A DNA stretch of 64,000 nt from an uncultured delta proteobacterium (GCA_963845515.1 CAWJSR010000031.1:1-64000); one strand, 5' to 3'; shown: positions 54,010-63,167, numbered from the stretch's first letter. Numbers and translations: made by a program. The notes: generated from the letters alone by a model not told the origin.

Positions 54010-54770
54010 GGTGACTCCTTAGTGACGACGATGCTGGAGACGACGAGGCCGCCGCCGAGGGGCAGGGGGGCGTCCCTGGCGTCGCCCCGGCGCGCCAGCG
54101 CCTCGGCGGCGTCGAGCACGCCCTGGAGAGGGAAGGGTCGATCGCCCGCGATCAGGATGAACCGCTCGAACGCGGGCGCGTCGTCGAGCCGGAAGGACTC
54201 GGGGAGCAGCACCTCACGGTGTGACGTCAGCGCACCGGCCGCGGTCCCGAAGGCTGGCCAGTGGCGCGTCACCGTCCCGCGGCCGTCGATGGAGACGATC
54301 GCGCCGTAGCGCGAACCCGCCGACACGTAGCCGAGCTGGAGGAGCTCGCCGGCGCGGGCCGAGGCGCCGGGTGCGAGGGGCTCGTCGGCGGCGCCGGACT
54401 GACGGTGGACGACGAGGTGGGGCCGAAGTCCCTTCACGATCGTGGCGTCTCGCTCGGGCTCAGGCATGGGCTGTCGGTCGGAGGGGAGGTTCACGAGCAG
54501 GGCCACCGCGGCGGCGGCGACGGCTGGAACGAGGATCCAGAAGGGACGCGCGCCGCGTCGCCGCCGTCGAGCCACCTCGGCGGCCACGATCGCGGGGGGG
54601 ATCCGCGCGAGGGTCGCCGCGCCGTCCTCTGCTATCGACGCGAGCCGGGCGGCGCCGTCCGCCTCGCGGTCGAGCCGTGCCTGCACTGCAGCGCGCTCGT
54701 CGGGAGGCAGGTCGCCGGCGGCGAGCCGCTCCAGCAGGTAATCGGGGGTCCTGGCATGTTCATGGGACAT
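54006..54770 (-). CDS. ActD-like putative anti-sigma factor (TM helix + DUF4384-like periplasmic domain)
   Basis: PDYLLERLAAGDL N-terminus, TM helix, IVSIDGRGTVTRHWP and SFRLDDAPAFERF; directly downstream of the ECF sigma. Confidence 0.7.
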   Translation of the reverse strand: MSHEHARTPDYLLERLAAGDLPPDERAAVQARLDREADGAARLASIAEDGAATLARIPPAIVAAEVARRRRRGARPFWILVPAVAAAAVALLVNLPSDRQPMPEPERDATIVKGLRPHLVVHRQSGAADEPLAPGASARAGELLQLGYVSAGSRYGAIVSIDGRGTVTRHWPAFGTAAGALTSHREVLLPESFRLDDAPAFERFILIAGDRPFPLQGVLDAAEALARRGDARDAPLPLGGGLVVSSIVVTKESP

Positions 54771-55251
54771 CGTTCGTCTCCTCCAGCGCCACGATGCGCT
54801 CGCGCAGGCCACGGAGCCGCTTCCGGACGCCGGAGACCGAGAGCCCAACCTCACGGGCGACCTCCTCGAGCGTCAGCCCGTCGACGTGATGGAGCACCGC
54901 CATGAGCCGCGTCGACTCGAGCTCCCCTCGGAACGCGGCCCCGAGGTGAAGCCGGGCGAGCAGCGTCGGCTCGGGCTCCACGGCCGCCGCGATGGCCAGC
55001 ACGCGCGCGTCCACCGGGTCGTGGGGCTGGCGCCGCGCCGAGCGGAGCCTGTTCAGGCAGACGTTGGTGGCCATCCGGAGCAGCAGCGAGGCAGGCCGCT
55101 CAGGCTCGAGGCGGCCCGCGTTGCGCAAGGCGAGCACGAAGACGTCGTGCATCGCGTCCACGGACGCCTCCTCGGATCTGAGCAGGGAGCGGCACCTGCG
55201 CAGGACCATGGGGCCGTAGCTCTCGTAGTTCGCCGCCACGTCGAAGCTCAC
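54760..55251 (-). CDS. ECF sigma factor
   Basis: YGPMVLRRC..DAMHDVF, ATNVCLNRLR and LEEVAREVGLSVSGVRKRL. Confidence 0.9.
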   Translation of the reverse strand: MSFDVAANYESYGPMVLRRCRSLLRSEEASVDAMHDVFVLALRNAGRLEPERPASLLLRMATNVCLNRLRSARRQPHDPVDARVLAIAAAVEPEPTLLARLHLGAAFRGELESTRLMAVLHHVDGLTLEEVAREVGLSVSGVRKRLRGLRERIVALEETNDVP

Positions 55252-55381
55252 CGTTCCTCCGTCACGTCATGAAGACACCGGACGCGGCAGGATCCGTCAC
55301 CTGACGGACGCGGAACATGGAAAACGGCAGGCCCCTCCGAGCTCGGCGGAGCGGTCTGCTGCCTGGAGGAGTGCCCCCCGG

Positions 55382-56800
55382 CTAGTTCGAAGCTGAAGGT
55401 GGCTGGATGGGCGGGAGCGCGTCCGCTTCGGGCGACGTCGCGCGCCGCCGCACGACCGCTTCGTTCGCCAGCCTGACGATGGCGTCGGGCCCGAGCGACT
55501 TCGCGAGGACCGCATCGGCGCCCGCGGCGCGGAGCCGGGCGGCCAGCGCGTCGTCGACCCGGCCCGAGATGGCGATGATCGGGAGATCGCCCTCGCCGCC
55601 GATCCCGCGGATCCTGCGGACGAGCTGCTCCCCGTCCACGCCCGGCATCAGGACGTCGGTGACGAGCAGGTCGAGCGTGAGGATCTGATCCGCGAGCGCG
55701 TGCATCGCGAACTCCGCGTCGGGCGCCGTCAGGACGTCGTAACCGCTCTGCTCGAAGGCATCTGCGACCATCTTGAGCGTCAGGGAGTCGTCGTCGACGA
55801 CGAGCGCGTGCGGGCGCCTCGCGGTGATCGCGGTCATCACTGAAGCGAGGGCGCTGCTGGCGCCCGAATCGAGCTGGAAGCGGACGCCCATCCCCGAGGC
55901 GTTGGCGTTGACCACCGTCGCGGTGGTCTGGAGAGTCGTGTCGTTCGGGAGGCGCACCTCGACCTGGACGTCGTCGCCGACGTTGCTCGGCTCGGGCGTG
56001 CGGATGAACGCCCCGCTATGGGACAGGTCCGCGAGGGTCGCAGCCTGACCGCCGACACCGACCCGGACCGAGACCGGGAACCGCTGCGCGGATTGCGTGG
56101 AGTCGACGGGACGCGACCTCCTGCAACCTGCTTCGAGCAGCCGATGGACCTCCTCGGCATCTCCTTCCAGCGTCGCGGTGAAGCCGGTCCTGGCGCCGGC
56201 GGCGTCCCGGACGAAGGCCGAGACGACACGCGCCGGCGCGCGTGCGACGGCGCGCGTGGCCGAGGTGGTCTCGAGCTGGATCATCAGCGTGTCGCCGATT
56301 GCCGGCGCGAGCGGCGTCGGCACGAACAGCGCGCGCGCGATGGGATCGTACGTGACCCCCACCCACCCGGGGCCCCCGACCTGGAGCCTCAGCACCGGGG
56401 GGAGGACCGGCTCCTGCGAGTCCGAGTGTGCCCCGCAGCGATCGACCAGGAGGGGACCTAGGATGGCGCCGAGCCCCGTCGCGTCCATGCCGCGGAAGAC
56501 GGTGGACGCCTCTCCCAGCAGGCGCTCGCAGCGCGCCGGCATGTCGGCCGAGCCCGCACCCGCGGCGAGTCCGCCCGCGCGGGCGCACCAGAACTGGAGC
56601 CGGTCCAGCATCGCCGCAGAGACGAGGGCGGCCGAGAGATTCACCCGAAGCACGAGGAAGCGCCCGTGCCGATCGAGCCCGACGTCGGCGTCGGCCGCAG
56701 CCCCCTCGCTGAGGGCGGGGATCTGCCGCACGAAGCCAAGGACCGCCGTCGCGCGTGCATCGCGGACTGCGTTGAAGGTCATCACCAGCGCGATGCTCAT
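55382..56800 (-). CDS. PilZ + receiver domain protein
   Basis: DLSHSGAFI..GMGVRF PilZ domain; LVVDDD, LVTDVLMPGVDG and a Lys-containing receiver end. Confidence 0.82.
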   Translation of the reverse strand: MSIALVMTFNAVRDARATAVLGFVRQIPALSEGAAADADVGLDRHGRFLVLRVNLSAALVSAAMLDRLQFWCARAGGLAAGAGSADMPARCERLLGEASTVFRGMDATGLGAILGPLLVDRCGAHSDSQEPVLPPVLRLQVGGPGWVGVTYDPIARALFVPTPLAPAIGDTLMIQLETTSATRAVARAPARVVSAFVRDAAGARTGFTATLEGDAEEVHRLLEAGCRRSRPVDSTQSAQRFPVSVRVGVGGQAATLADLSHSGAFIRTPEPSNVGDDVQVEVRLPNDTTLQTTATVVNANASGMGVRFQLDSGASSALASVMTAITARRPHALVVDDDSLTLKMVADAFEQSGYDVLTAPDAEFAMHALADQILTLDLLVTDVLMPGVDGEQLVRRIRGIGGEGDLPIIAISGRVDDALAARLRAAGADAVLAKSLGPDAIVRLANEAVVRRRATSPEADALPPIQPPSASN

Positions 56801-56861
56801 CTAGTCTCCGACGGCCGGAACAAGTCGAAAAATGCTAGCACGGGGCCCGAAACAGGGAGCG

Positions 56862-57128
56862 CCTGCGCGCGAGGTGTACCCGATCTTCCAGCCAGGAGGT
56901 GCCTCGCTCAGCTGCAGGTGCGCCCGCGGCAGGCAGGCCTGGCGGGAAGGATACGGAGAGGTGCGCAGGGTGCACTGCCAGTGGTTGCGTGACTTACTCA
57001 GACGCACCAAGGGCAACCTGAACGGTGTTGACCATCAGGATCAAGGGCTCGCCCCGGGGCACGATCACATCGGGAGCGTCCTCTGATCCTGACTGGTCAA
57101 CATCGCACAGGGGCTGACGGGGGTCAGC
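56862..57128. other. Structured intergenic element (several consecutive hairpins; possible ncRNA or MITE)
   Basis: CGGTGTTGACCA-TCAGGATCA pairs with TGATCCTGA-C-TGGTCAACATCG (57023-57105); further stems at 56862-56969, 56979-57020 and 57113-57128. Confidence 0.45.
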
Positions 57129-57632
57129 TCAGCGGGGGCGCCGTGGATCGGGCCGGCGGTCGTCACCGTCCAGGCGCTCGCCCGGGAACCTCGGGCCGGG
57201 ACCTCCGGGCCCGGCGCTCGGACGCCCCGGACGAGGCCCCTCCCGCGCCGGCGGCGGGTTCTCCTCGCGCCAGGCCTGCAGCCGCTGCCAGAGCTCCTCG
57301 CCGAGCGCCCGGCGCACGCGGGCGAGGAGGAGGATCCGGTTGCGGCGCATCGCACCGTCGGCCTTCGTCAGGGCGTCGATCCGCTCGACGAGGCGGGCCT
57401 CTTCGGGAGGCTGGGCCCGCAGTTGACGGTCGAGCGCCATCTGGGCGCGCCGCACGGCTGCGTCCAGCTCGATGGCTTCCTCGTTTGCGGTGTAGGCGAG
57501 CTCCTCGACGCGGCGCAGCTTCTCCGCCGGGATCCCCAGCTCGTTCGCGGCCCGCGGCGGGATGAAGCCGCCCTCCTGCGCCGCGGCGCGTGCCGCCATC
57601 AGGACGACGAACAGGACGAGACGTCGGGTCAT
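57129..57632 (-). CDS. Spy/CpxP/ZraP-like periplasmic protein
   Basis: Signal peptide, ELGIP, helical hairpin, VRRALGEELWQRL and a Pro/Gly-rich tail. Confidence 0.7.
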   Translation of the reverse strand: MTRRLVLFVVLMAARAAAQEGGFIPPRAANELGIPAEKLRRVEELAYTANEEAIELDAAVRRAQMALDRQLRAQPPEEARLVERIDALTKADGAMRRNRILLLARVRRALGEELWQRLQAWREENPPPAREGPRPGRPSAGPGGPGPRFPGERLDGDDRRPDPRRPR

Positions 57633-58132
57633 GGCGATTCACCTCCCGTCGCCCGGGTCCCGGACGGCGGCACGATGGAGTCGAGGCCGAAGGAGCGCGT
57701 CCGCGGCGGGGCGAGCCAGTCGGAGACGGCGCCGAGCCCGCGGAGCGCGGGATCCTCGCCCAGCGGGTCGCGGTGCGTCAGGTCCGCGATGCCGTCCGCG
57801 AGGGCGAAGAGATCCGGCCGCGGGGCGTCGGCGTCCGGAGCCCGCGAAGGGTTCGAGGAGAGGACGATCGCGACGAGCGCGGCCGCGGCGACGCCAGCGG
57901 CGGCCAGCCGCGTCGCGCGCCGGCGCCGGACGCGCGCGAGCACCTCGCGCTCCAGCACCGCCGGGGGGCGCACGACGCCGGGCCGGGGGAGCGCGCTCGC
58001 GGCGCGGTGCGCAGCCGCCAGCGCCCTGCAGGCGGCGCAGGTCGCGAGGTGATCGTCGAGCCCCGCGGGGCGCGGCGACGCGTCGGCGAGGATGGCGTCG
58101 GTGAAGCGTTCACAGCGCGCGCCGTCGGTCAT
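57629..58132 (-). CDS. Zinc-finger (ZAS) transmembrane anti-sigma factor
   Basis: HLATCAAC (HxxxCxxC) followed by a TM helix. Confidence 0.8.
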   Translation of the reverse strand: MTDGARCERFTDAILADASPRPAGLDDHLATCAACRALAAAHRAASALPRPGVVRPPAVLEREVLARVRRRRATRLAAAGVAAAALVAIVLSSNPSRAPDADAPRPDLFALADGIADLTHRDPLGEDPALRGLGAVSDWLAPPRTRSFGLDSIVPPSGTRATGGESP

Positions 58133-58707
58133 GGCCGCTCCTCCTCCACCGCGAGCTCCTCGCGCAGGGCGACGAGCGCCCTGTGCAGGTGGGTCTTGGC
58201 CGTCCCACGCCCCACGTCGAGCGCGTCGGCGACCTCGTCCAGCGCCAGCCCCTCCACGTACCGGAGGGTGAACGCCGCCACCTGGCGTGCCGGGAGGCGC
58301 GAGAGCGCCGCGGCGACCCTCGCGAGCCGCTGGTCGCGGGCCAGCCGCGCGTCGGGCGACGCGGAGTGCTCAACGGGGTCGAGCGGCTGGACCCCCGCGC
58401 CGAAGACCTCCCGCAGCCGCTTCCAGAGCCGGCGGCGCCGGAGTTGGTTGAGGGCGCGGGTAACGAGGATCCTGCGCAGCCAGCCGCCAGCCGCGCTCGG
58501 GTCCCGGAGGCTGTCGAGCCGCTCCCACGCGTCGGCCAGGGCGGACTGGACCAGGTCGCGCGCGTCGTCCGGATCGCGGAGCAGGCGGCAGGCGATCCGG
58601 AGCAGCATCGGCTGCTCGGCCGCGACGAGCCGGCCGAAGTCGACCCTCGCCCCGCTCTCCTCCACGCGCCCTCCCAGCTCGATCGTCGCCGCCGTCGTCA
58701 CGTCCAC
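58129..58707 (-). CDS. ECF sigma factor (start approximate)
   Basis: DARDLVQSAL, WLRRIL and EVADALDVGRGTAKTHLHRA. Confidence 0.9.
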   Translation of the reverse strand: MDVTTAATIELGGRVEESGARVDFGRLVAAEQPMLLRIACRLLRDPDDARDLVQSALADAWERLDSLRDPSAAGGWLRRILVTRALNQLRRRRLWKRLREVFGAGVQPLDPVEHSASPDARLARDQRLARVAAALSRLPARQVAAFTLRYVEGLALDEVADALDVGRGTAKTHLHRALVALREELAVEEERP

Positions 58708-58732
58708 CCTCAGCCCTATCACTACATGACAC

Positions 58733-59413
58733 TCATGGCGCGCCCCGGGTATACGCCTCCGCCGGCAGCGGTCGGACCACGACGCCCTCGGCCAGGGAGG
58801 GATCGTCGAAGCGGATCGTGATCTCGGCCGCGTCGCGCAGCAGGTCGAGCCGCGCGACGTGCACGCCGTGGACGCGGAGCCCCGTCCGCGCGCCGAGATC
58901 GGCGTAGAGCTCCTGCTCGCGCCCTGGCGCGAGCAGCGCGATCTGGTCATAGAGGACCTGGCGCGCGCCGCCTCGTCCCCCGAGCGGGAACGCCTCGAGG
59001 AGCACCGCGACGCCCACGACGGCGACGTCGGCGAGGAGCGACTCCGCGAGGCTCGTCCGCTTGTTGAAGCCGACCGAGCTGAGGATCGCCACCCCGATGG
59101 AGAGGAAGAGGTAGGTGAGGTCGCGGGTGCTCACCGGCTCGGTGCGGTACCGCAGGATGCCGAACACCGCGAAGAGGCCGAGCGCGAAGCCGAGCTCGAT
59201 GTTCACGTTCCGCAGCGTGAAGCAGAAGAGGAACGTGACGACGTTGATCGCCACGAGCGTGAAGACCCGGTCCCGGTCCGTGTCCGGCCGGCGCCGGAGG
59301 AAGGCGCCGAGGACGAGGACCGCGACCACCGTCAGGTCCAGGGCGAGCCGGGAGACGAGCTTGAGGAAGTCGGCCGCGTCGAGGAGCCTGTCTGCGCCGA
59401 AGAGCTCTGCCAT
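58733..59413 (-). CDS. DUF4956 membrane protein
   Basis: GFALGLFAVFGILRYRTEPVSTRDLTYLF and DLGARTGL. Confidence 0.88.
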   Translation of the reverse strand: MAELFGADRLLDAADFLKLVSRLALDLTVVAVLVLGAFLRRRPDTDRDRVFTLVAINVVTFLFCFTLRNVNIELGFALGLFAVFGILRYRTEPVSTRDLTYLFLSIGVAILSSVGFNKRTSLAESLLADVAVVGVAVLLEAFPLGGRGGARQVLYDQIALLAPGREQELYADLGARTGLRVHGVHVARLDLLRDAAEITIRFDDPSLAEGVVVRPLPAEAYTRGAP

Positions 59414-60213
59414 GTGTCGTGCCTCTCGATCTCGCGAAGCGTGGGGAGGATCCGGTTCCTGCGCACGCCGGGGGCAAGCAGCCCCATGGCGACGGCGTAC
59501 TTGCTGAGCGACCCGGTGCGCGCGCCGGCACGGCGCAGCGCCAGCACGGCCGGGCTGCGGAGGTCGAGGCGCGGCTGCTTCACCTCGACGATGGCGAGCC
59601 CGCCGAGGACGCGGGTCAGGGGTGGACGATCGAGCCGGAGGTCGAGGTCCACGGTGACGCGGTCGTCCGACGCGAGCCCCACGAGCGTGATCCGCCGGTA
59701 GCGGGTCCACGCCTGCGGCCGCAGGTCCCGCCCAGGCCAGCCGGTGACTCCGAGGGCCCAGGCGGTCTCCTCGTCCGAGAGGGCGGCTTCGCGGAACGGG
59801 TGCGGGCGGCGCGCCTTCTCGGTCCTCCCGCGGTGGGTCCTGGACTTCACCTCCAGGTAGCTCACCCCGCGGTCCGGGTAGTGGCGCACGCGGACCTTGT
59901 GCCGTGGCGATCGGCCCCGCACGTGGTCGTCATAGCCGCGCAGATCCGGCAGGTCGTAGTAGAGCGTCTCGTACCTGGCGACGCGCTCGCCGCCGGCGAG
60001 GACCACGCCGTGGTCGCGCGAGAGGGCGCGCAGGGCGAGCGCCAGCGGCTCGAGGCCGACGAGGAACTTGGTGTCCGCGCGCCCGAGGAGCGCCCGCCGC
60101 TCGAGCAACGACGCGTCCACCGGCGCGAAGCCCCCTACCAGCTCCCTCAGGAAATCGGGGACGCCCGGCGAGCGGGGCGAGGGGAGCGGCGCGGCCGTGA
60201 GCAGGGCAGTCAT
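59332..60213 (-). CDS. VTC/CYTH-like polyphosphate polymerase domain protein
   Basis: RADTKF, TLYYD, KVRVRHY, YLEVK, RVTVD, IVEVK and SKY motifs. Confidence 0.88.
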   Translation of the reverse strand: MTALLTAAPLPSPRSPGVPDFLRELVGGFAPVDASLLERRALLGRADTKFLVGLEPLALALRALSRDHGVVLAGGERVARYETLYYDLPDLRGYDDHVRGRSPRHKVRVRHYPDRGVSYLEVKSRTHRGRTEKARRPHPFREAALSDEETAWALGVTGWPGRDLRPQAWTRYRRITLVGLASDDRVTVDLDLRLDRPPLTRVLGGLAIVEVKQPRLDLRSPAVLALRRAGARTGSLSKYAVAMGLLAPGVRRNRILPTLREIERHDTWQSSSAQTGSSTRPTSSSSSPGSPWT

Positions 60214-60872
60214 GGCGCGAACTGGTACGAGATCCCCAGCACGTGGGCGGTCTCGTCCCCCGCGGCGAGCGGCTGCTCGAACAGGTACCGGAGCGAGAGC
60301 TCGTGCGCGCCCAGTTCCACGCTCACGCCGGCGCCAGCGCGCCACTTGTCGAGGAGGCTGTCCCGGTCCGCCAGCTTCAGGAACAGCTCTCCCGACCCTT
60401 CGACCGACACCCTGCGCCCCAGGGGCCACGCCAGCTCGAGCCGCTGGCGGGCACCGTGGGAGCGCTCCAGCTCACCGTCGGCGTCCCAGGGTCGCCCCCG
60501 CTTCTCCTCGAGCCGGAGCCGCAGCGAGAGGCGCAGCCGGTCGAGCTTCTTGCGAAGGGTGGCGTCGATCCAGCCCTCGTGCCACGCGTCCGCGTAGTCG
60601 GCCCCCTTCGTGAAATGAGGCTCGATCTCGTAGCGGTAGCCGAGCCGAAGCGAGAGCCACCTCGCCGCCCGCCAGGAGCCCCAGGCCGACGGGCGGACGA
60701 GGTCGAGCTGGCTGGCGCCGTGGTCGAGCCGGAGCTCCTGGTCGAAGCCGAGCCGGAGCCCGTCCGAGACCTCCGCCGAGACGCCCGCCTCGCTCCAGAG
60801 CTGGAAGTCGGCGTGGGCGGGCGCCGCGAGGGTGCAGGCGGCGATGGCGATGGCGAGCCTTGCGCGCGACAT
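60210..60872 (-). CDS. DUF2490-like outer-membrane beta-barrel protein
   Basis: Signal peptide (AHA), DFQLWS, QELRL, RLRLEE and C-terminal HVLGISYQF. Confidence 0.75.
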   Translation of the reverse strand: MSRARLAIAIAACTLAAPAHADFQLWSEAGVSAEVSDGLRLGFDQELRLDHGASQLDLVRPSAWGSWRAARWLSLRLGYRYEIEPHFTKGADYADAWHEGWIDATLRKKLDRLRLSLRLRLEEKRGRPWDADGELERSHGARQRLELAWPLGRRVSVEGSGELFLKLADRDSLLDKWRAGAGVSVELGAHELSLRYLFEQPLAAGDETAHVLGISYQFAP

Positions 60873-60873
60873 G

Positions 60874-62232
60874 TCAGAGCCCCAGGGCCGCCCGGATGGC
60901 GAGGCGGCGGTTCGCGACGTGGTCGAGGAGGGAGGTCGGGCTCCCGGCGAGCGAGTCCACGAAGGCTGCCGGGGCCGGGAGAAGGGTGTAGGGCCACGTC
61001 TCCACCGCCTCCGGTCCGACCACCCAGGGCGCGACCAGGTCGTGGGCGGCGACGAGCCTGGGGTCGAGCGCCGCCGACGAGAACGGCCCCTCGAGGACGG
61101 CGGTGAGCTCGTCGACGTACTCCTGCCGGTAGACGGGATCGTCGAGCAGCCAGCGGATGAGCGGCCAGCGCTCCCCCACCTCGTCGAGCAGCACCGACTC
61201 CGGGAAGCACCCGGGCCGGCTCGCCGGGCGGATCGCCTCGTTGAGGTCCCACGGGATCCACGCGAGCCTGCCGCCCTGGTCCGGCTGGCCGTACAGGTAG
61301 TAGTTGTGGGCGATGCAGCCGTAGCCGTCCCAGTCGACCATCGCCTGGTTGACCGCGAGCGCGCGGAGGAAGCCCCGGACGTCGAAGGCCGCGTCGAGCC
61401 CGGCGCGCCACGCCGCGGCGTCGGTCCGGTCGGCGTGGAGCGCGCCGATGGCCGCCTCGACGTCCTCGAAGCCCGACGCCTCGTTCGTCTCCTTCTCGAA
61501 GCCTGCCGCGTCGAAGTGCGTCCAGTCGGCGCCCGTCCCCTCGGGCTTATAGAGGTTCGCGCCCGCGGCGCCCAGCCGCGCGCCGAGCATCGCGTCCGAG
61601 GGATCCTCGATGACGGTGAAGAGCCCCGCGTAGATGGGGCCGTCGCCGACGTCGAGGTAGACCGCCGCGAAGGCCCCGTACGCCGCCGGGACGCCCGCCG
61701 CGCGGAAGAGGTCTGCGGCGACCTTGTCGCGGACGAGCGAGGGGTCGCCGAACCCGTTGGAGAAGGTGAGGTCGTGGAAGCCGTTGAACCGCTGGTTCCG
61801 GATCTCAGGGTAGTCGTCCTCGAACCGGTCGAAGTCGAGCCGGAAGCCGAGCTTCCGCACGCCACGCTGCCACGCGGTCATGAGCGAGGAGTTCCCCTTG
61901 AAGCGCATCCCGACGTGCCGCCAGGTGTGGCCGTCCTGGCCGATCTCCACGGGCGCCCAGGCCGGCTCCACGCCGGAGGTCGGCGTCATGGCCCCGGAGT
62001 CGATCTTCGTGGCGAGGTCGTCGAGCATGGCCCGGTACACCGAGGGCTCGATCACGACGTCGTAACGGTGGACCACCGTGTCGTCGAACACGACCTCGTA
62101 CGCCGGTGGAGCCGAGTCGCCGTGGGTGGCCTCGGTCCAGCCCGCGGGACGCTCTGGCTGGCAGCCGGCGCCGATCGCGAGGCAGGCCGTGATGAGCGTC
62201 ACGCCTGCCGTCCTCCGCTTCCCTGCGTCCAT
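60874..62232 (-). CDS. cotH: CotH-family protein kinase, lipoprotein
   Basis: GAGC lipobox; GMRFKGNSS, RLDFD, DWDGY..HNYYLY and WIPWDLNE. Confidence 0.9.
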   Translation of the reverse strand: MDAGKRRTAGVTLITACLAIGAGCQPERPAGWTEATHGDSAPPAYEVVFDDTVVHRYDVVIEPSVYRAMLDDLATKIDSGAMTPTSGVEPAWAPVEIGQDGHTWRHVGMRFKGNSSLMTAWQRGVRKLGFRLDFDRFEDDYPEIRNQRFNGFHDLTFSNGFGDPSLVRDKVAADLFRAAGVPAAYGAFAAVYLDVGDGPIYAGLFTVIEDPSDAMLGARLGAAGANLYKPEGTGADWTHFDAAGFEKETNEASGFEDVEAAIGALHADRTDAAAWRAGLDAAFDVRGFLRALAVNQAMVDWDGYGCIAHNYYLYGQPDQGGRLAWIPWDLNEAIRPASRPGCFPESVLLDEVGERWPLIRWLLDDPVYRQEYVDELTAVLEGPFSSAALDPRLVAAHDLVAPWVVGPEAVETWPYTLLPAPAAFVDSLAGSPTSLLDHVANRRLAIRAALGL

Positions 62233-62387
62233 GCCTCGCCCCTCCCCAGGTCGGATGTGGGCGCCGGTGCAGCGACGTGGGCGGTGGGCGACAGCCCCAC
62301 CGCCGGTGTGAGCACGGGTGCCTCATGACGAGACACACGGGGAGGGAGGCGGGTAGACGGGGGCGCGGAAGATTTGGGCCGCGCCCG

Positions 62388-63167
62388 TTAGCCCTTCAGG
62401 CGCGCCTGAACCTTGTCGGACGCGAGCTCGCGGAGCGCGTCGGTAGCCACCCAGCGGGCGCTGCGTGCCTTCGGGTCACCACCACGGTCCCCGCCTGCCC
62501 GCTTGTTCGCAGCGGCGCGGATCTTCTCGGCGCAGGCGATGGCGGCGCCGTTGAGCAGCCGGTTGCGCTTGCCGATGTTGCGCAGCGCCCAGTTGACCGC
62601 CTTCTTCACGAAGTTGCGCTCGTCGGACGCCGCGCGCTCGATGAGCGGCAGAAGCTTCGTGAAGGCCCGGTCGGTGGCCGCCTTGTCGTGGACGGCAAGA
62701 CCGGCCATGAGGGCGAAGCCGGCGCGCTTCACCCACTCCTCGTCGCGCCCTGCCCACTCGACGGCCTTGGTCCACGCGTGCTTCGTCAGGTCGAAGAGGC
62801 TGGTCGTCGCCTGGTCGCAGAGGTCCCAGGAGTCGAAGTCGCGGACCCACGCCTCGATCTGCTCCGCGGTGACCGCCTCTGGATCGTCGACGAAGCAGGC
62901 CAGCAGGCGCGCCTCGTGGTTCCCCGTCGCCCATAGCGCGAGCGCCAGCTCGTGGTCGGTGCCGAGCCGGCTCGCGACCTTGCGCAGCTCGTAGATGGAC
63001 ACGCCGAACGCGTTGTCGACGTTGATGCCGTAGCGCGCCATGCCCGCCCGGTCCCGCTCGCTGCCCATCGCGGCCAACTCAGCGAGGATGGCCGCCACCC
63101 TCGTGGCCTTGGCCGTCCCGCCTGCCCTACGGAGGTCCGCTGGAATGTCGATGCCGCGCCTGATCAT
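62388..63167 (-). CDS. alkD: DNA alkylation repair (AlkD-like) protein; start uncertain
   Basis: DFDSWDLCD, EWVKRAGF and DERNFVKKAVNWALRNIGKR. Confidence 0.85.
   Translation of the reverse strand: MIRRGIDIPADLRRAGGTAKATRVAAILAELAAMGSERDRAGMARYGINVDNAFGVSIYELRKVASRLGTDHELALALWATGNHEARLLACFVDDPEAVTAEQIEAWVRDFDSWDLCDQATTSLFDLTKHAWTKAVEWAGRDEEWVKRAGFALMAGLAVHDKAATDRAFTKLLPLIERAASDERNFVKKAVNWALRNIGKRNRLLNGAAIACAEKIRAAANKRAGGDRGGDPKARSARWVATDALRELASDKVQARLKG

Noticed and set aside
55262..55305. Possible ECF-type promoter (GTGTCT -10-like on the minus strand), with a similar motif upstream of cotH near 62325-62340
   Set aside because: The motif is too short and has no reliable -35 match; it cannot be supported by eye.
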